Below are positions 51,205-64,000 of a stretch of 64,000 bases of DNA, piece by piece. Source of the stretch: Lingula anatina (Eukaryota > Animalia > Brachiopoda). Position numbers and translations under genes: made by a program. Every line of letters starts with the position of its first letter. Within the stretch, counting starts at the first letter, position 1. The stretch lies in contig CM120649.1 of NCBI GenBank assembly GCA_051362555.1, positions 1,364,001-1,428,000 of the forward strand. The letters run 5' to 3'. The notes under the pieces were generated by a model. That model had not been told where the DNA came from and did no database searches. It saw nothing but the letters and a program-made list of their open reading frames with translations.

Positions 51205-54010
51205 GTATAGAGCTTGGATTTTCCTGGTAACAAGCCCATCTCTTTCATTTCGCAGAATGCGGAGCAAAAAGCAACAGCGGTGGAAAATCACATCGATTAC
51301 TGAGTAGAAACTGGTGGGCGTAAGTCATACGGCAAGGGGGTTTTCTGGCCTGCACGGCTTTACGCAGGAAGTTTTCACGCGAATCTGGCATTGAATCTTT
51401 TCCTTTACCCGATTACTGTCTACTGCGAGTAGGACGCCTGCAACCAGGGGGACCGGTGTTTTCTGCATGCAAACTGTTTTAATAGGAAATTTGTGATCGG
51501 ATGCATATCCCTTAGTTACTCTCTGTATTGCGAGGCAGAACATTTAAAGAGAGCAAGAGATTTGAAGTTTACATCGCCCAAGCAGATCAGTTGCAAATCT
51601 GGTATTGGATTTTTACCCGGGCTCTCTCATTTACACTTTAGAATGAGTGGAACAAATGCATATGTACTTACGTACCAGCACTGTGTTTGCAAGATTTCAT
51701 AACTTGGAGCGAGCCAATTTTTTTTGCCACTCAGTTTCTGATTCACGGAACCGTTTAGTGAAATCAGGGCTTCCAAGGGCTCTCAAGAGCAAGTCGTATC
51801 TTGCAGGTAGTTTTGATTTAAAAGCTGGCATTAGATTTATCGCCTGTTCCTATCGTTCTTCAGGTGCACCGAGGGTTACCACGTCTATTGAGAGCTGAAC
51901 GATTTGCCAGTTTTTTCATCGAGGGATTCACTTCAATTCCCGGTCGTTTTCAATTGGACCAAGAGTTGAGCCAAAATTTTTCCGTCGCACCTACAGCAGA
52001 GGGAATCTGGCAGTGAATTTTCCCTGATTGCTTTCAATGGCACAGGGGAACCGAGTTAAAACCTAGAAAATCAAGATAATAGAAATTATTTCCCGGGGCG
52101 CTTGATTCTAAGAGTATTACATCAGAGTCAGGTCCAACCTTGGTCGCTTGCATAGGGGCACACAGAGGAGTCTGCGACCGAAAAAGATCAAACACAAAAC
52201 AGATTATGTCTTTTTCTTAAGAAGGCTAGAACACTCAAGTCTGACTAAGAACTCCTGTGTCTAAAGTCGCACGGGAAAGAGAAGGGTTCCAGATTCTCGG
52301 CTCCTGTCTACGCTCGGTATAAATTTCAAAGCCGTTCGGAGAACGCATCTCGTCACCCCTATTGGCAGGTGACCGAGAACCGCATTCCTTCAGCGAGCAC
52401 GAGTTTCCTCGACCATACACGAGAATTGCCGAGATCAAGGAGAAGATGCATTTCGATTGAGGTTTAAGGTAACCGCACTGTCTCTCTCCCCCGTCACGAC
52501 TAAGAGGCAACCGGCGTTGTTTGCAAAACCATCTGAAGGTTAACCAAGTAAAAGGTAGGTAGCATGCTGCTGTGTATTTCCGCATAAACTAAGTGTATTA
52601 ACTATGTATAAGTGTATCAAACGTGTGTGCAGTGAACAATTATGACGCTTTACAACGAAGCGAGCGCGCTCGCACGAGTGTGCACACGTGCACATGCAAA
52701 CATAAAAATGGTTTTAACATTTAGTCGTTTCTGCTGTTATTTAAAGCGCTGCCAATTTCCCCCTCACTGATATTTTGCTAAACATATGTTTTGTGTCTCA
52801 GACATTTTTTTCCAAAATTAAGCTGTGCTGCATATTCCAATGTAGCGGTAACCATATGGTATAAAAACATAGGCAAGCAAATTTGTAATTTGCCTCTGTT
52901 GATTTTGTTATCGAAAAAGGAAATAAGCTGTCACATATGATATCAGCCTCAATTATTTTTCCGCATGCAGATTATGTCACACTTAATCTTATTAATCACA
53001 CGAATCGATGTTAGATGTAATATGTCATTTGTAAAGTACAGAATGATTTAATACATGTGCCCACACTTCACTGCATAGAAAGATGTGTTCCCGGAAGCGG
53101 TGTAATATTTGTGTTTTGACGTCGGTTTGACATTTCGAATACGCGCGATGTCAAGTGCCAGTGCGTTGAGCTGTTCAATACAAAACAACGGTTGCATATG
53201 TATTCTGTAATACTTAATGTTTTATGACAGTGCGTTACATGTCAGTCGAAACTGTGATATTTTTTTTTTCAAAAAAAATTCACGTAGCACCTTTCACGAT
53301 TGAGAAGCTGATCTAGGCTGTCCCCATATGCATTAGGATGGCTAAAACTACATACAAATCATCTCAGAACTAAATACACTAAATACAAGTCATACAATTA
53401 GCTGCATTTCCAGGCACGCTTAGACGGTTTGACTGTCATACGTACAGCTGTAAGTTGCATTAATATTTTCATTAAGACGGTCTAACTTACAACATATTTA
53501 CTGATACTATTAGAAACTTTTGACCATTGCGGTTGCTAACCACAAGAATCCAATGTAACCTTATACATATCGACGGGCTGTGGAAAGTTGGGATTCCATT
53601 TTTCACTTGTGGTTAGAAGTCACAAATCACATGCTCTACAAAAATTGTAATGTTTTGCGTTCGTGTTTTAAAGAGAATGTTGTTGGTTAGTATCATGATG
53701 CCAGGAAGAGTCCTGCTTGTAATTACGGTAATTTGAGGATGGATACCGCCTTAGTGTACCTCTATGTCTTGACAAACACTTGATCATCCTGTATTGTAAA
53801 GATAATTTCACCCTGATATAGGAGGTTCTGTCCTGTAGTTTTAATACCTGACGTAGTGGAGTTTTATATACATGGAAATAAGGCCTAATGACATATTTGA
53901 CATACTTTCTACCTGATTCAGTGTTGTAGCTGTGAAGGACTCGGGATCGAACTGTGCGCATTTTCATGGGGCTAAAATATGCTTTTTTTGTGAAGCTGAA
54001 TAACAAATAA

Positions 54011-54011
<1 letters not shown>

Positions 54012-54081
<70 letters not shown>

Positions 54082-54194
54082 TTTGTAAATATGTCGTATT
54101 CGAGTGCGTCTCTCTCTCCCTCTCTCTCTCTCTGTCTCTCTCTCTCTCTGTGCATGCGTGCGTGCGCGCGTGCGCGCGTGTGTGTGTGTGTGTG
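54012..54194. repeat. (GT)n(GA)n ... (TC)n(GC/GT)n compound microsatellite
   Basis: Directly visible. Confidence 0.92.
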
Positions 54195-57100
54195 ATGAGA
54201 ACAACCGGCGTTCATCATAAAATTCATTTCCAAAGTACCAACAGTAATTGCACGTACTTATCGACAATAAATGGCGATAGGAAAGCGCTTAATATTGTAC
54301 AGTAGTTTTTTCTAGACCAGCCTTTTCAGAGGCCTGTATTCTCCTGTTTACAAAACCACAGTAAGAAGACCCCGAACAGAATGTTTCACGCCGCTCTGGG
54401 TTACTTCTCTTGTTAGTGACTTGGAGTTTATACATGTACAGCAGCCCGCAAATACACCTGGCCAAAACTTCTGGGGTGACTGCTTTCTGTTGGAATTTCA
54501 CGTTTTTCAATATTTGCCTTCCAAGTCATATTGGTACCCTGATCAGTATTAGTTAAGATAAATAAGTACACCCCTGGTCATGATCGAACTTGAAACTGAT
54601 TTTATTGCTTTATGATACAAGAGGAGATATGCCATATCATATGCTAATATCTTATAATACCACATGCCAATATGACGGAACGATCTGTCGGGTTTTACAT
54701 TTGGTATGACACATAATTTGTTGGATGGATTTGACTGGCATAAAAGTCAATATCCGTAGAAGCTAGTTAGCCTTGAAGTGCACTGGAACTTAATTCAGAG
54801 TAGTTTGAAGAATGGTTTATCGATAGCCGACTGCCTTTGGCCAGGTAGATTACTGGCCGGATCGAATAGTTGCTGAAATGACCCTTAGGTATTTTGAAAC
54901 AGCGAGAAAAGAACATTTTAGTTTATGCGGAAGATGTAGACGCACTGCTACTTCTGTACTTAGGTATCGTTCCTAGTTGTGTTTATTTCATATTAATGAT
55001 GACGGTTATGTTATCGGGTGCTCTCTAATCCCACAACGGCCCAGATAAAACTTTATTGCAGCCGGTTTATTTGTGTGGCGTATTTTATGTTCAGTTTATT
55101 GTCTATGGCTGTTTATTCATGAAATAACAACTAGCCCAAGCGTACTACTCTCATACCTTGCAATCTGCCAGTCGCAACAAAAATGTCTATAACTTCTATA
55201 TAATCCATCGCCCACAGATGTGTTTCTCCGCCACAAGTAGTTATAGATACTTGACTTACAAAGCATGCGTGCGTTTGCCCTAATCGAAATGTCATCTTGT
55301 CCTTGGGTAGTTCACTACACAGGGTCCTGGCTGTACTGTTCATAAGCAATAGTCGCGCGTTTGCCCTCTTTCAGATGTTATTCTTTCAAAAGCCCCACTA
55401 CTGTTTGCGTTGCTGAATCAAACGGGTTTGATATGCAACTTATGTACTTTGAAAGAAATGGAAATGGAATTCTAGGTCTACCATATATAAAATGATACAA
55501 TACAACCATTTATAGTAATAATAATAATTTGCCGACTTTCATGTCACCCCTACCACGTTGATTAATGTTTTGACCTCTTATCCTTCTTCATATCACATTT
55601 AAGACAAAGAACAATAGCAAAGAAACAATACGACAGACACTTTTAGTTTTCATTGTCCGTGAGTGATGTCACACTGCCCTAGCTGTTACCACATCTGGAT
55701 ATGTATTATATCATTTACAGCGTACCCTGATACCGCTATATATAGAATACAGAATGCTGCGTGCGTCATCCAAAGTATTAAAGTACTCGCGGCGTCTCTC
55801 CTTTATCCACCTTAAGCTCTTCGTCACCGGCACCCTGTGTTTCAATGCATTGCCGGTGAGACAGAAATGGCAGTCCGCTGGGAACCGTAGTCCGTTCTCC
55901 ATTACTTTGTACAGGTGATATTCGTCCCGTGTACAAACCCCAATACTCCAGCTTACCCGAACCCTAACCTGTACTGACCAAAATCTTTGTCCACTTTGAC
56001 CCCAAATGAATCAATAGCGGTCTAGTGAAATGAGACGCCGTGCCTGTTTAACGGCAAGTGAGATATTGTTTATGTTTTATACCAATACCTGCTTGAAATG
56101 AGTGGACTGCTAGGTTTTCATTCTTTATTTTTTTTCTTTTCTTTTCTTTTCTTTTCTTTTCTTTGCTTTTATTCTATTTTATTTTTATGTGTGTGAACTG
56201 AAGTTGATGACAAGGCTGATTTAAAGTGTAGATCAAATTTTTGCGACAAAGTTTGTGAAGGCGGTTCCTGTCGCCTTCGCAGCCAACAACTTCCAATGGC
56301 GTTAAACTCAGGGAGGCGTGCATTTGCCCTCCTCAAAAATCACACCCAAATCCTTGACAGTGCGTGATCTATACCGCTTCCTGGCTGCGCTAAAATTAGA
56401 AAGTAATAAACCCAGGCACGTGTTTTTATAGCGTGAACTTTTTGCTGGAGTTACTTGGCAATTACAAGCTATAATACCGAGATCGTTGCCTGTTTTTTGA
56501 GCAGTAGGACCTTGATTTGACCCCGTATCTATGTTCTCAGCTAAAGGTAAGATTGCACTGGTCACATAAGTACGTGTATAAACCCGTCTGCTAGGTAATT
56601 AAATCTTTTTAGGTGTAATCTGGTTCTTATATCTGTTTGTTTACTGTTAAAGAGAACGTGCTTCACCGCAGCGTATACGGTGTATAGCACGGGTTCGTCT
56701 CCATTGACGAACTCGACAAGTAGGCGGTTTAGGTCGGTTGTCAGGGATGTGTTAGAATCAACGGTGTTCCTATCTTGTTCTCATTGCCAATGGTCCCCTT
56801 ATTTCCTGCTGCATACCGGCAAAAAAACCAGTTTGGATCTGATTTACGAGTTGCTTTTGCTAAACAAGTAGATTAACGGCACTTGAATATAAATTGCCAA
56901 GTTCAACTTGAAACCTTTTAAGTAACTTTTTTATCTGTGTACTATATATATATATACTATATGTTGCAATGCAAAATGATCGATTTTTAAAATTATTTTG
57001 CTGAAGGGTAAATAAACTGTGGTGTATACAGATCATTCGTTGTGCTATTTCCCAATTGAACCACAGTGTTTATTTTTACTAAAACAGCGAAAACAGCGAG

Positions 57101-60100
57101 TAAAAGTAGTTAATCATATGTTTTGCGTCTAGGTAATTAAGCCCCTCCACGGTAAGTGACGTCACCACAATGCCAAAAGCAATGCTACAACTATTGGTAG
57201 GGAAATACTATTAAACTACAGGCACAGTGAAATGCAATAGCTGGCAGTCAGGCAAGGCGACATTTGTTGTCTCTTGTGACAACATTACACATTCAAACTA
57301 TTTGAATGAAGGTTTTTCTTCGATTTTTTTCTTCTGAAATGTAAATTTACACGTTCTACTTAATTTTAGCAAGTCAAATTGATTAAAGAAAAAGGTCGCG
57401 TTTTATGTTCTATTGAAATGCTGTCAGATATTTTACAACTTAAAGGTATTGTCTATATGCAATATTGATTATTCCTTGTCAGGAAGAGAAAAAATAATAT
57501 GTTTTAGACCTCGGTGATTCAGAGGAACCGGTTCAATATTTACTGAGCTTCCAATGCTCTACAATCTGGACAGTTAAAAGCTCCAGAACGCGGAAAATGT
57601 GTTCGTCAAACACGGCCGCATATGTCATATTAATCAGACGTCGATTCCAGTGTAAATAGAAAAATCACTCGAATATATTCTCTGCTCCCATCGTGTAGCT
57701 GCCGTATCAGGGCTGGAAACATATGGCCAACAGCTGTAGTTAAGCATACTTCGTGCGTTTTATGGCTTTATTTTAAGGAAATTTGCCGCAATGCTCATGA
57801 AATTGGTTTACTTTAGAAATGTCAACTGGTGCTATAGATATCAGTGTAAATTAAAGCAGATTTGTTGGGTCATGTTTACGCAAGATTGGACTTAAACGCC
57901 TCTAACCCGATCCAGAACCGGTTTTAATGAAGTGATGTTATAGACCGAGGCTCTGATGTAAAGTGTTCCATGGAACGCATTCATTGTCTCGGAGGGAGGG
58001 TTTGAGCAGATTTGCCGAGTGCGGAAGTCTGCTGGGGGCGGTTTACTGTTCTGACACCATTCTGAAGCAATATAGAAACGTTTTATCTTTTTTAACAGGC
58101 TGGTAGCCGGGGAGAGGGGGGTCGAACGAACCGCCCTTTTTGGAGGGAATTGGTGAATTTTGATCTAGGTACACGGCCAGTTATGGTAAAAGGGACACCT
58201 TTCCGACAAAGAATACCTTCTTTGAAAATATTGGCTACGGGCCTAGCTGTCACTGGCTTCCGTTCTACTGTGGTACTTGTTTTTCGGGTTTTTACTCCGT
58301 CAATCCAACCCTCTCCAAACAGCAACTCCATACGCAAAATGAACCCATCACAGCAGTCGTTGGTGGCACTGTCACCACGAATGATTGTATAGCGTCGGCC
58401 AATCGATCCCGGATCGATTAAATTTAGAGCGGTGGGAACACAGCCGTCACCGCTCGTTCTTGCGCGAACATGAGATAAGAGCTCTCTGGTATTAGTTCAA
58501 TGTTTTCATTAGATTTCAACTAATTCCTAGATTAGTTTTCTTATCGTATTGACTATGGCGTTCTGTGGCATTGTGGATGCGGAGGTGGCGTGAAGAGCAT
58601 TTTGTTTTCATTTCATTAATTTCTTCTCTTTTTTCTTTCTTTCTTTCTATCAGATATAACTGTTTTCTTTCTTGTAACTCATTGCCTGCATTTTGACACG
58701 TTCACAACACGACAAAATCATACCAGGAATAACTATAGGCCTACCTATTTACGTCATCAATCACCCAAATTACACATACTTGGGAAATCCCCTCTAGTCG
58801 TGATTGGGCGTTTGATGTTCTGCACAACATTCTTGTCATTTGTTGAAGAATGTTGGTCTAAATACGATCTTATTTATGTCGGTTGTGAACATGTCTTTAG
58901 TCAATATCAGGCACACACGCCAACTCCTCTCTGGCGCACCCTGAATGTCAAAGGTGAAAGATCAACGGAAATGTAATTTCTATCTATAGATTTTGTTTAA
59001 AAAAATTCTAACTTAATAAAAACCGGAGGCCATTTTCCACACTAAATGTGCCAGTTTTCGTAAGTGGTCAGTAAACAGCACAAATCTTTTTAAGAATAAC
59101 ACAAACATCATAATTCCTATTCAGAATGTTAGAAGCTTTGTCAGAAATGCACGTATTTTGAATGGTTATGTCCTGCGCATGCCTGTCTCTGTGTTAGTTT
59201 CTGGCGTTCGATGGAAAAGAGAGAGAAAAGCTTCCCTTTTGTGGTTATTTTTGGTGAAAATTCGATCTTGGCTTGGGGGCTTTACATTTGGAACGAGGTG
59301 TCTGTAATTAGAGTTAATGTTCCTTTTCAAATGCTAAGACACTTTGGCTATCATGTCAATTCTCAATCGTGGTCCGGTTCACACGAGGTCCCGATGGAAC
59401 GATGTCAGTTCGGTCTTAATGGCGTCAACAGTTCGGGAGTAACTGTTAAATTGCGAAACCAGTATACTCCCGAATTTGATACAATCGGTGTATCTTTGGC
59501 TGTGTTCAGTGTCTGAGATCGCTGAATGGCTTCATGCTGTGCAGTTGGAACTGCTTGTATCTTTTCCGCAGATCGGATCCAGGCAACCTAAGTCTTGTGT
59601 AAATGGTGATCCATTCCGTTTGTATCTTCTTTCTTGCTAATGTGAGCTGTCTTTTAGCTCACGTTTGCTTCAATTACGTCTCCATTAGTCTGATTATACT
59701 CCTATTTTTCTAAACGTTGAGAAACGGTATCGTATTTATCATAATTTGTTCATAATGATTGAGGTCTTTTTCCGCAGTTTTCATAATTGCAGTGATTCTC
59801 ATCATAATTTAACAGAATCACGGTCTTGGAACTGTTTTGTCCCTTTATCTTACAGTTTGGGCCAAATTTATTGATATTTGTGATATATTAATATAGTACT
59901 AATAGATCATGATTGTTTGTTTCCCCTGTTATTCGTTAATGAATACTGGGCATCTACGCGTTTCCACTTTATTTGTCTGTCTGTCCGTCTACATGCATCT
60001 CTTAGTCTCTCTGTCGTGTATCTATTCTCAAACCGCCACTGTTTTATTTTATAGAATTCCCCTTTTCAACCACACGAAATAATCAAGACACGCGGCGGAA

Positions 60101-63033
60101 TAAACAGCGGTCAAAGGTGTGATATTCCATATATTCCTGTGAAATAAAGCAGTTAATGTAACTAATATCAGCAAGGCCACCAGGGGCAAAGCCAGGTCAG
60201 ACTGCTATGGTATTAAGACTTTCGTGATGATTTTGCACTCTCGCTTCTTAAAATGGTCTCTAAAGATGGTTGCCATGGTGATGAATTTGGTGCTTACAAA
60301 TCCTGGAACACATCACTTCCATGCGCGTCTGCTGCTCATCAAAAGGGATGAAGGGATCGCAGATTAAGTTTCTGGGTTATCGTTTTTTTCTGAAATGAGT
60401 GTTTTTCTCCCTAGTTGATGTAAACAGATGAGAGGTGCGAAGGTGTAATTAGGGTGCCGGAACACCGACACCGGAAGACCGAATCTCATACGATCTCGTA
60501 AACGTCTCCATTCTCAATGTAATCAAGCTGGTAACCGCACAGCGTGACTTCCCATCTTCTTCAAAAGCCAGCGTGTTTTCATTATTCCTTCAAAAGTGCA
60601 ATGTTTGGAGTGATTCTGCGTGGGTGTTGCTTAGAATTATTGACGCATTCAAGACCGAACCAGAGCCGATCCGTTGTTCCCCTGTGTGAACGCTGTTTTA
60701 GAGTAATAACAGACGCTCATATGAGAATTATCTCCGTGAGTTTATGGCAAATGTCAGCATGCCGTTCGTCAATGCCTAATTGCTTCACCTTTTTCTTTCT
60801 TTTTTTTTTCTATTGAATTGAATAAGCCACCCCGGGTTTCAAAATCGAGAATTTAGTCTAATTTTTAATTTGGAGAATAGAGGTAATAGTCTGGAAGTGC
60901 GGGGAAGAGTCACCGTCAAGGCCCTTTGCTGCAGGGTGCAAAAGCCGCCATAGCCTTGGTTTGTATCACACGTGGATGTTTGTGTGCACGCATCACGAAA
61001 GAGAGATGGTAAATGTTACTTCTTTCCGACATTTGGACTTGTAATGAGGTTGTGGAATTAGGTATTATGGATTCCGAATGCAGAGGTGTTCTGTCTCTCT
61101 CACTCTCTCTCTCTCTCTCTCTCTCAGGCTGAAAGGTTTGCCAAAATATTAATACGACGTTTTTTTTTCTCTCCCTCTGTCCCCTTTTTTCTCTCTATCT
61201 CTCTGTATGTGAGTGTGTGTGCAAATGTAAAATGTTGTCCAAAAGTCTTGAAACGCTGATCACAACCTAAATTATCGGCAATTTTAGTAGTTGAAAATAC
61301 AACATTAAGCAAAGTCGTGTTGGCGTTCGTAGTTATATCGGACAAGCAAGTTTTAATTCATTGATGATTAACTCTTAAAGCCCAAACCTGATTTGCGTTT
61401 CCTAAGTTTTAGTGTGCTTACGTCAATGCTAGAGCATTTGCCTTTTGTCCCAATGATCTCAGTATTGTGGCTTCCTATAAATTCCAATATCAATCCCATA
61501 TGTGACGTAATCACCTGATAGAAGATCACGGATTAAACAAAGTAGTTTTGAATAGATCTATCCTTATTACTTTTGTATATAACAATAGAACAATATGTTG
61601 TATTGACTATTCAATCTTCCTGTCGTGATTTACAATTTGACGTTCGCTAGTCAGAATGTTGGGCTAAAAGACAACTTCAAAGCCAAATTGCATTGCAAAC
61701 AGATTAGGTAGGAAGAACCAGATATTATTAATAGCATTAATACATGTAGTAAGCATAGCACTTTGCTGTTGTACTTAAAAATAAGAAAAATGATACCTAA
61801 TGTTGTCTATGACAGTTGGGGAGGAATTCCGTTTAGATACGCTTATCAATTCAGTGCAATAATTTCGTTTGATGGTGACGGAACAATGAGAAAAAATACA
61901 CTGTATTTGAAATAAGTTTCAGTAGCTAACTTTACCAAGCAGTTAGTTCAGATTTCCATATTTTCATTCATGGGGCTTCTCTGTGCATCTGTGATAAATA
62001 AAAGGCGCAAATATACCATACAGCGTACCCTGATGGTTAAAATAAAGTATAATTTAAAGCAAGAGTCCCCGTAAGGGCCAAAGAGTTGATGAGCCTTTAC
62101 CACTTGATCCTGTTCTGATAGTCATTTTCCCAGTATGTTTATTCATAAAGCTCAGATCAGCCAACTGTTGTATGTTGATGTGGAAGCTGAATTAATATTA
62201 GTATAGAGTATAACTATTGTATAAGATTATCTACAAGGTCACATACGTTCAACCCGCCCTTCTCTTGTTGTGAAAAAATCGCATTTAGGCATTAGCTGCG
62301 TCCCATATTGGCTGTTGAAACTACATCCAACTTTGAATTTGCCTGATACATTCGTTCATTCCATGTAATGTAATGTATATGGTGTTCGGCATGTGTGCTG
62401 TGCATGTGAATCCCAGAAGAAGGCCTAGGGACCGAATGCTTGGATTAGATATGACATCTTTATAGTAAATCTTCATAGATGCATCTGTATAATTACTTAT
62501 TAACTGCATATGTGCAATGTATATGGTGTTCCATTGGACTTGCCCGAGATTCGTTTACGGTAATTAAATGACGCGTTTACAGACAAAGACACGTAGCGTG
62601 TTTCGTTAGGATTCAGTTACTATTAGCTGTCAGCCAGAATTTGTACGCACTTTATCAATGCGTATTGCATATATTCCGCATAGTCGTACTACCTGCATCA
62701 ACCTAGGAATACTACTGATTACTGATGTGGCAGCCAGGCCAACGTCACCAGTAGCAAATACTGAAACTGGTTGTTGTATTTTAGTTGTCCTATTCATCTA
62801 TCACAAGCATATTCACCATCCATACTCGCTGTTTACCTACAAGAACCGTTTACTCTAACATCTGATACGCACCTGCGTACATGCTTGTTCATAGTTATCA
62901 ATAAGACTTTTTAACGCGACCAGTTGCGAAACTAATGTCAACACACTGTGTATACATTTTCCGGATGACGTCCGCGTCAAGTAACTCGCATCGACATATT
63001 TGTGATTGCCTGAAGTCGTAGAACAGCCTTCAA

Positions 63034-63300
63034 GGGACCATTCCCAGACCCTATTGTGCTAACCGTGGATCGATCCATCTCCGAGGGGATTCTCGCTAAA
63101 TTGCAATCAACTTAAACGGCTAAGATGTCTGTCAGACCTACTAAAGCTGCAAGCTACTGAAGCTGCTTAATTATTGTTTAGCAGCTTCAGTAGGCGTGCC
63201 AGACATCCAAGCTGCTTAAGCTGAAAGTAATTTAGCGAGAACACCCCCCCCCCCCACTTGGATCGATCCTGTTAGATCGATAAGGTATGGGAACCCACTC
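63034..63300. mobile_element. Diverged palindromic relative of MITE family 1 (3-bp CAA duplication)
   Basis: CAA|GGGACCATTCCCAGACC...GGTATGGGAACCCACTC|CAA. Internal arms tctcgctaaatt...ctactgaagctgc / gcagcttcagtag...aatttagcgaga form a long imperfect hairpin. Confidence 0.75.
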
Positions 63301-63851
63301 CAAGATAATACAGCGTGTACACAGATTCCGGCTTTTAACACTCGCTACTGTTTGTTCAGGATGTTGCTAACTGTCAAAGATGAAATACACATGCAAGCCG
63401 ATGACAGATACTGTCTACGAACATCAAAGGGATAATCACAGAAACGAACACCGTGTTTTTTCTCAAGGGGAAGACATCTTAGAAGCACATCAGTGAAAAG
63501 GCCTACTCTCTTTCTGCCAGATGGGAATGAACGGAAAGAGAAATCACCTGAGATTTTAACCACAAGTGAAAAAGCCTACAATCACTACGCCACTGACGGT
63601 GTCATTATTTTCGTCAATTACGTGTATGGTAAGCAAGTGGTGAAATACCAGAAATAATAGTACGATTGATTTAAATGACGCGTGAGTCAGGTTGTGCCAG
63701 TGCCTGTGCTCGGGACACTGTTCTTCACCTTATTTGTTTGGAAAACAACTTGACTTAATTCGCTACCATCTTTCACCACAGAGCCTGTGCTCGTGATTTC
63801 TTATGCAAAGTTTTAAACCTGATTTCGATAATATCGATCGCACTATCGTGT

Positions 63852-63886
<35 letters not shown>

Positions 63887-63950
63887 GGATAGAACAATAG
63901 ACAGATAGATAGATAGATGGATAGAACAATAGACAGATAGATAGATAGAT
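63852..63950. repeat. (GATA)n tetranucleotide repeat with a duplicated interruption
   Basis: Directly visible; ggatagaacaatagaca occurs twice within it. Confidence 0.92.
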
Positions 63951-64000
63951 ATTGTAAAATAATTGTAAAACTTATATTATGTTTTGACGCATGTTGCAGG

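Overview
AT-rich, intron-containing, microsatellite-rich DNA from an invertebrate animal (possibly a mollusc or other lophotrochozoan; inference only). Two protein-coding genes can be assembled by hand from splice sites. (1) A minus-strand type II membrane protein gene (~1.2-15 kb, candidate first exons out to 32 kb): ~530-aa disordered cytoplasmic region, one TM helix, a Thr/Pro stalk and the N-terminal half of a SEA domain. One phase-2 donor (10887) then faces THREE tandem, phase-compatible, stop-containing terminal exons (7080-5745, 5352-3237, 2058-1185). Each restarts at the SEA G-S-x-I-V cleavage motif, completes the SEA domain, and adds a Thr/Ser mucin stalk of different length and two peritrophin-A (CBM14) chitin-binding domains. 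This looks like a constant membrane anchor with interchangeable chitin-binding ectodomain cassettes selected by alternative last-exon splicing, and is the main finding. (2) A plus-strand TMEM256 homolog (39057-41009) with two uORFs. The rest is intron or intergenic DNA with several non-autonomous DNA transposons (MITEs with TIRs and TSDs), microsatellites and a possible CRE-rich promoter near 51 kb. No tRNA, rRNA or CRISPR was seen. All gene models are manual and lack transcript support.
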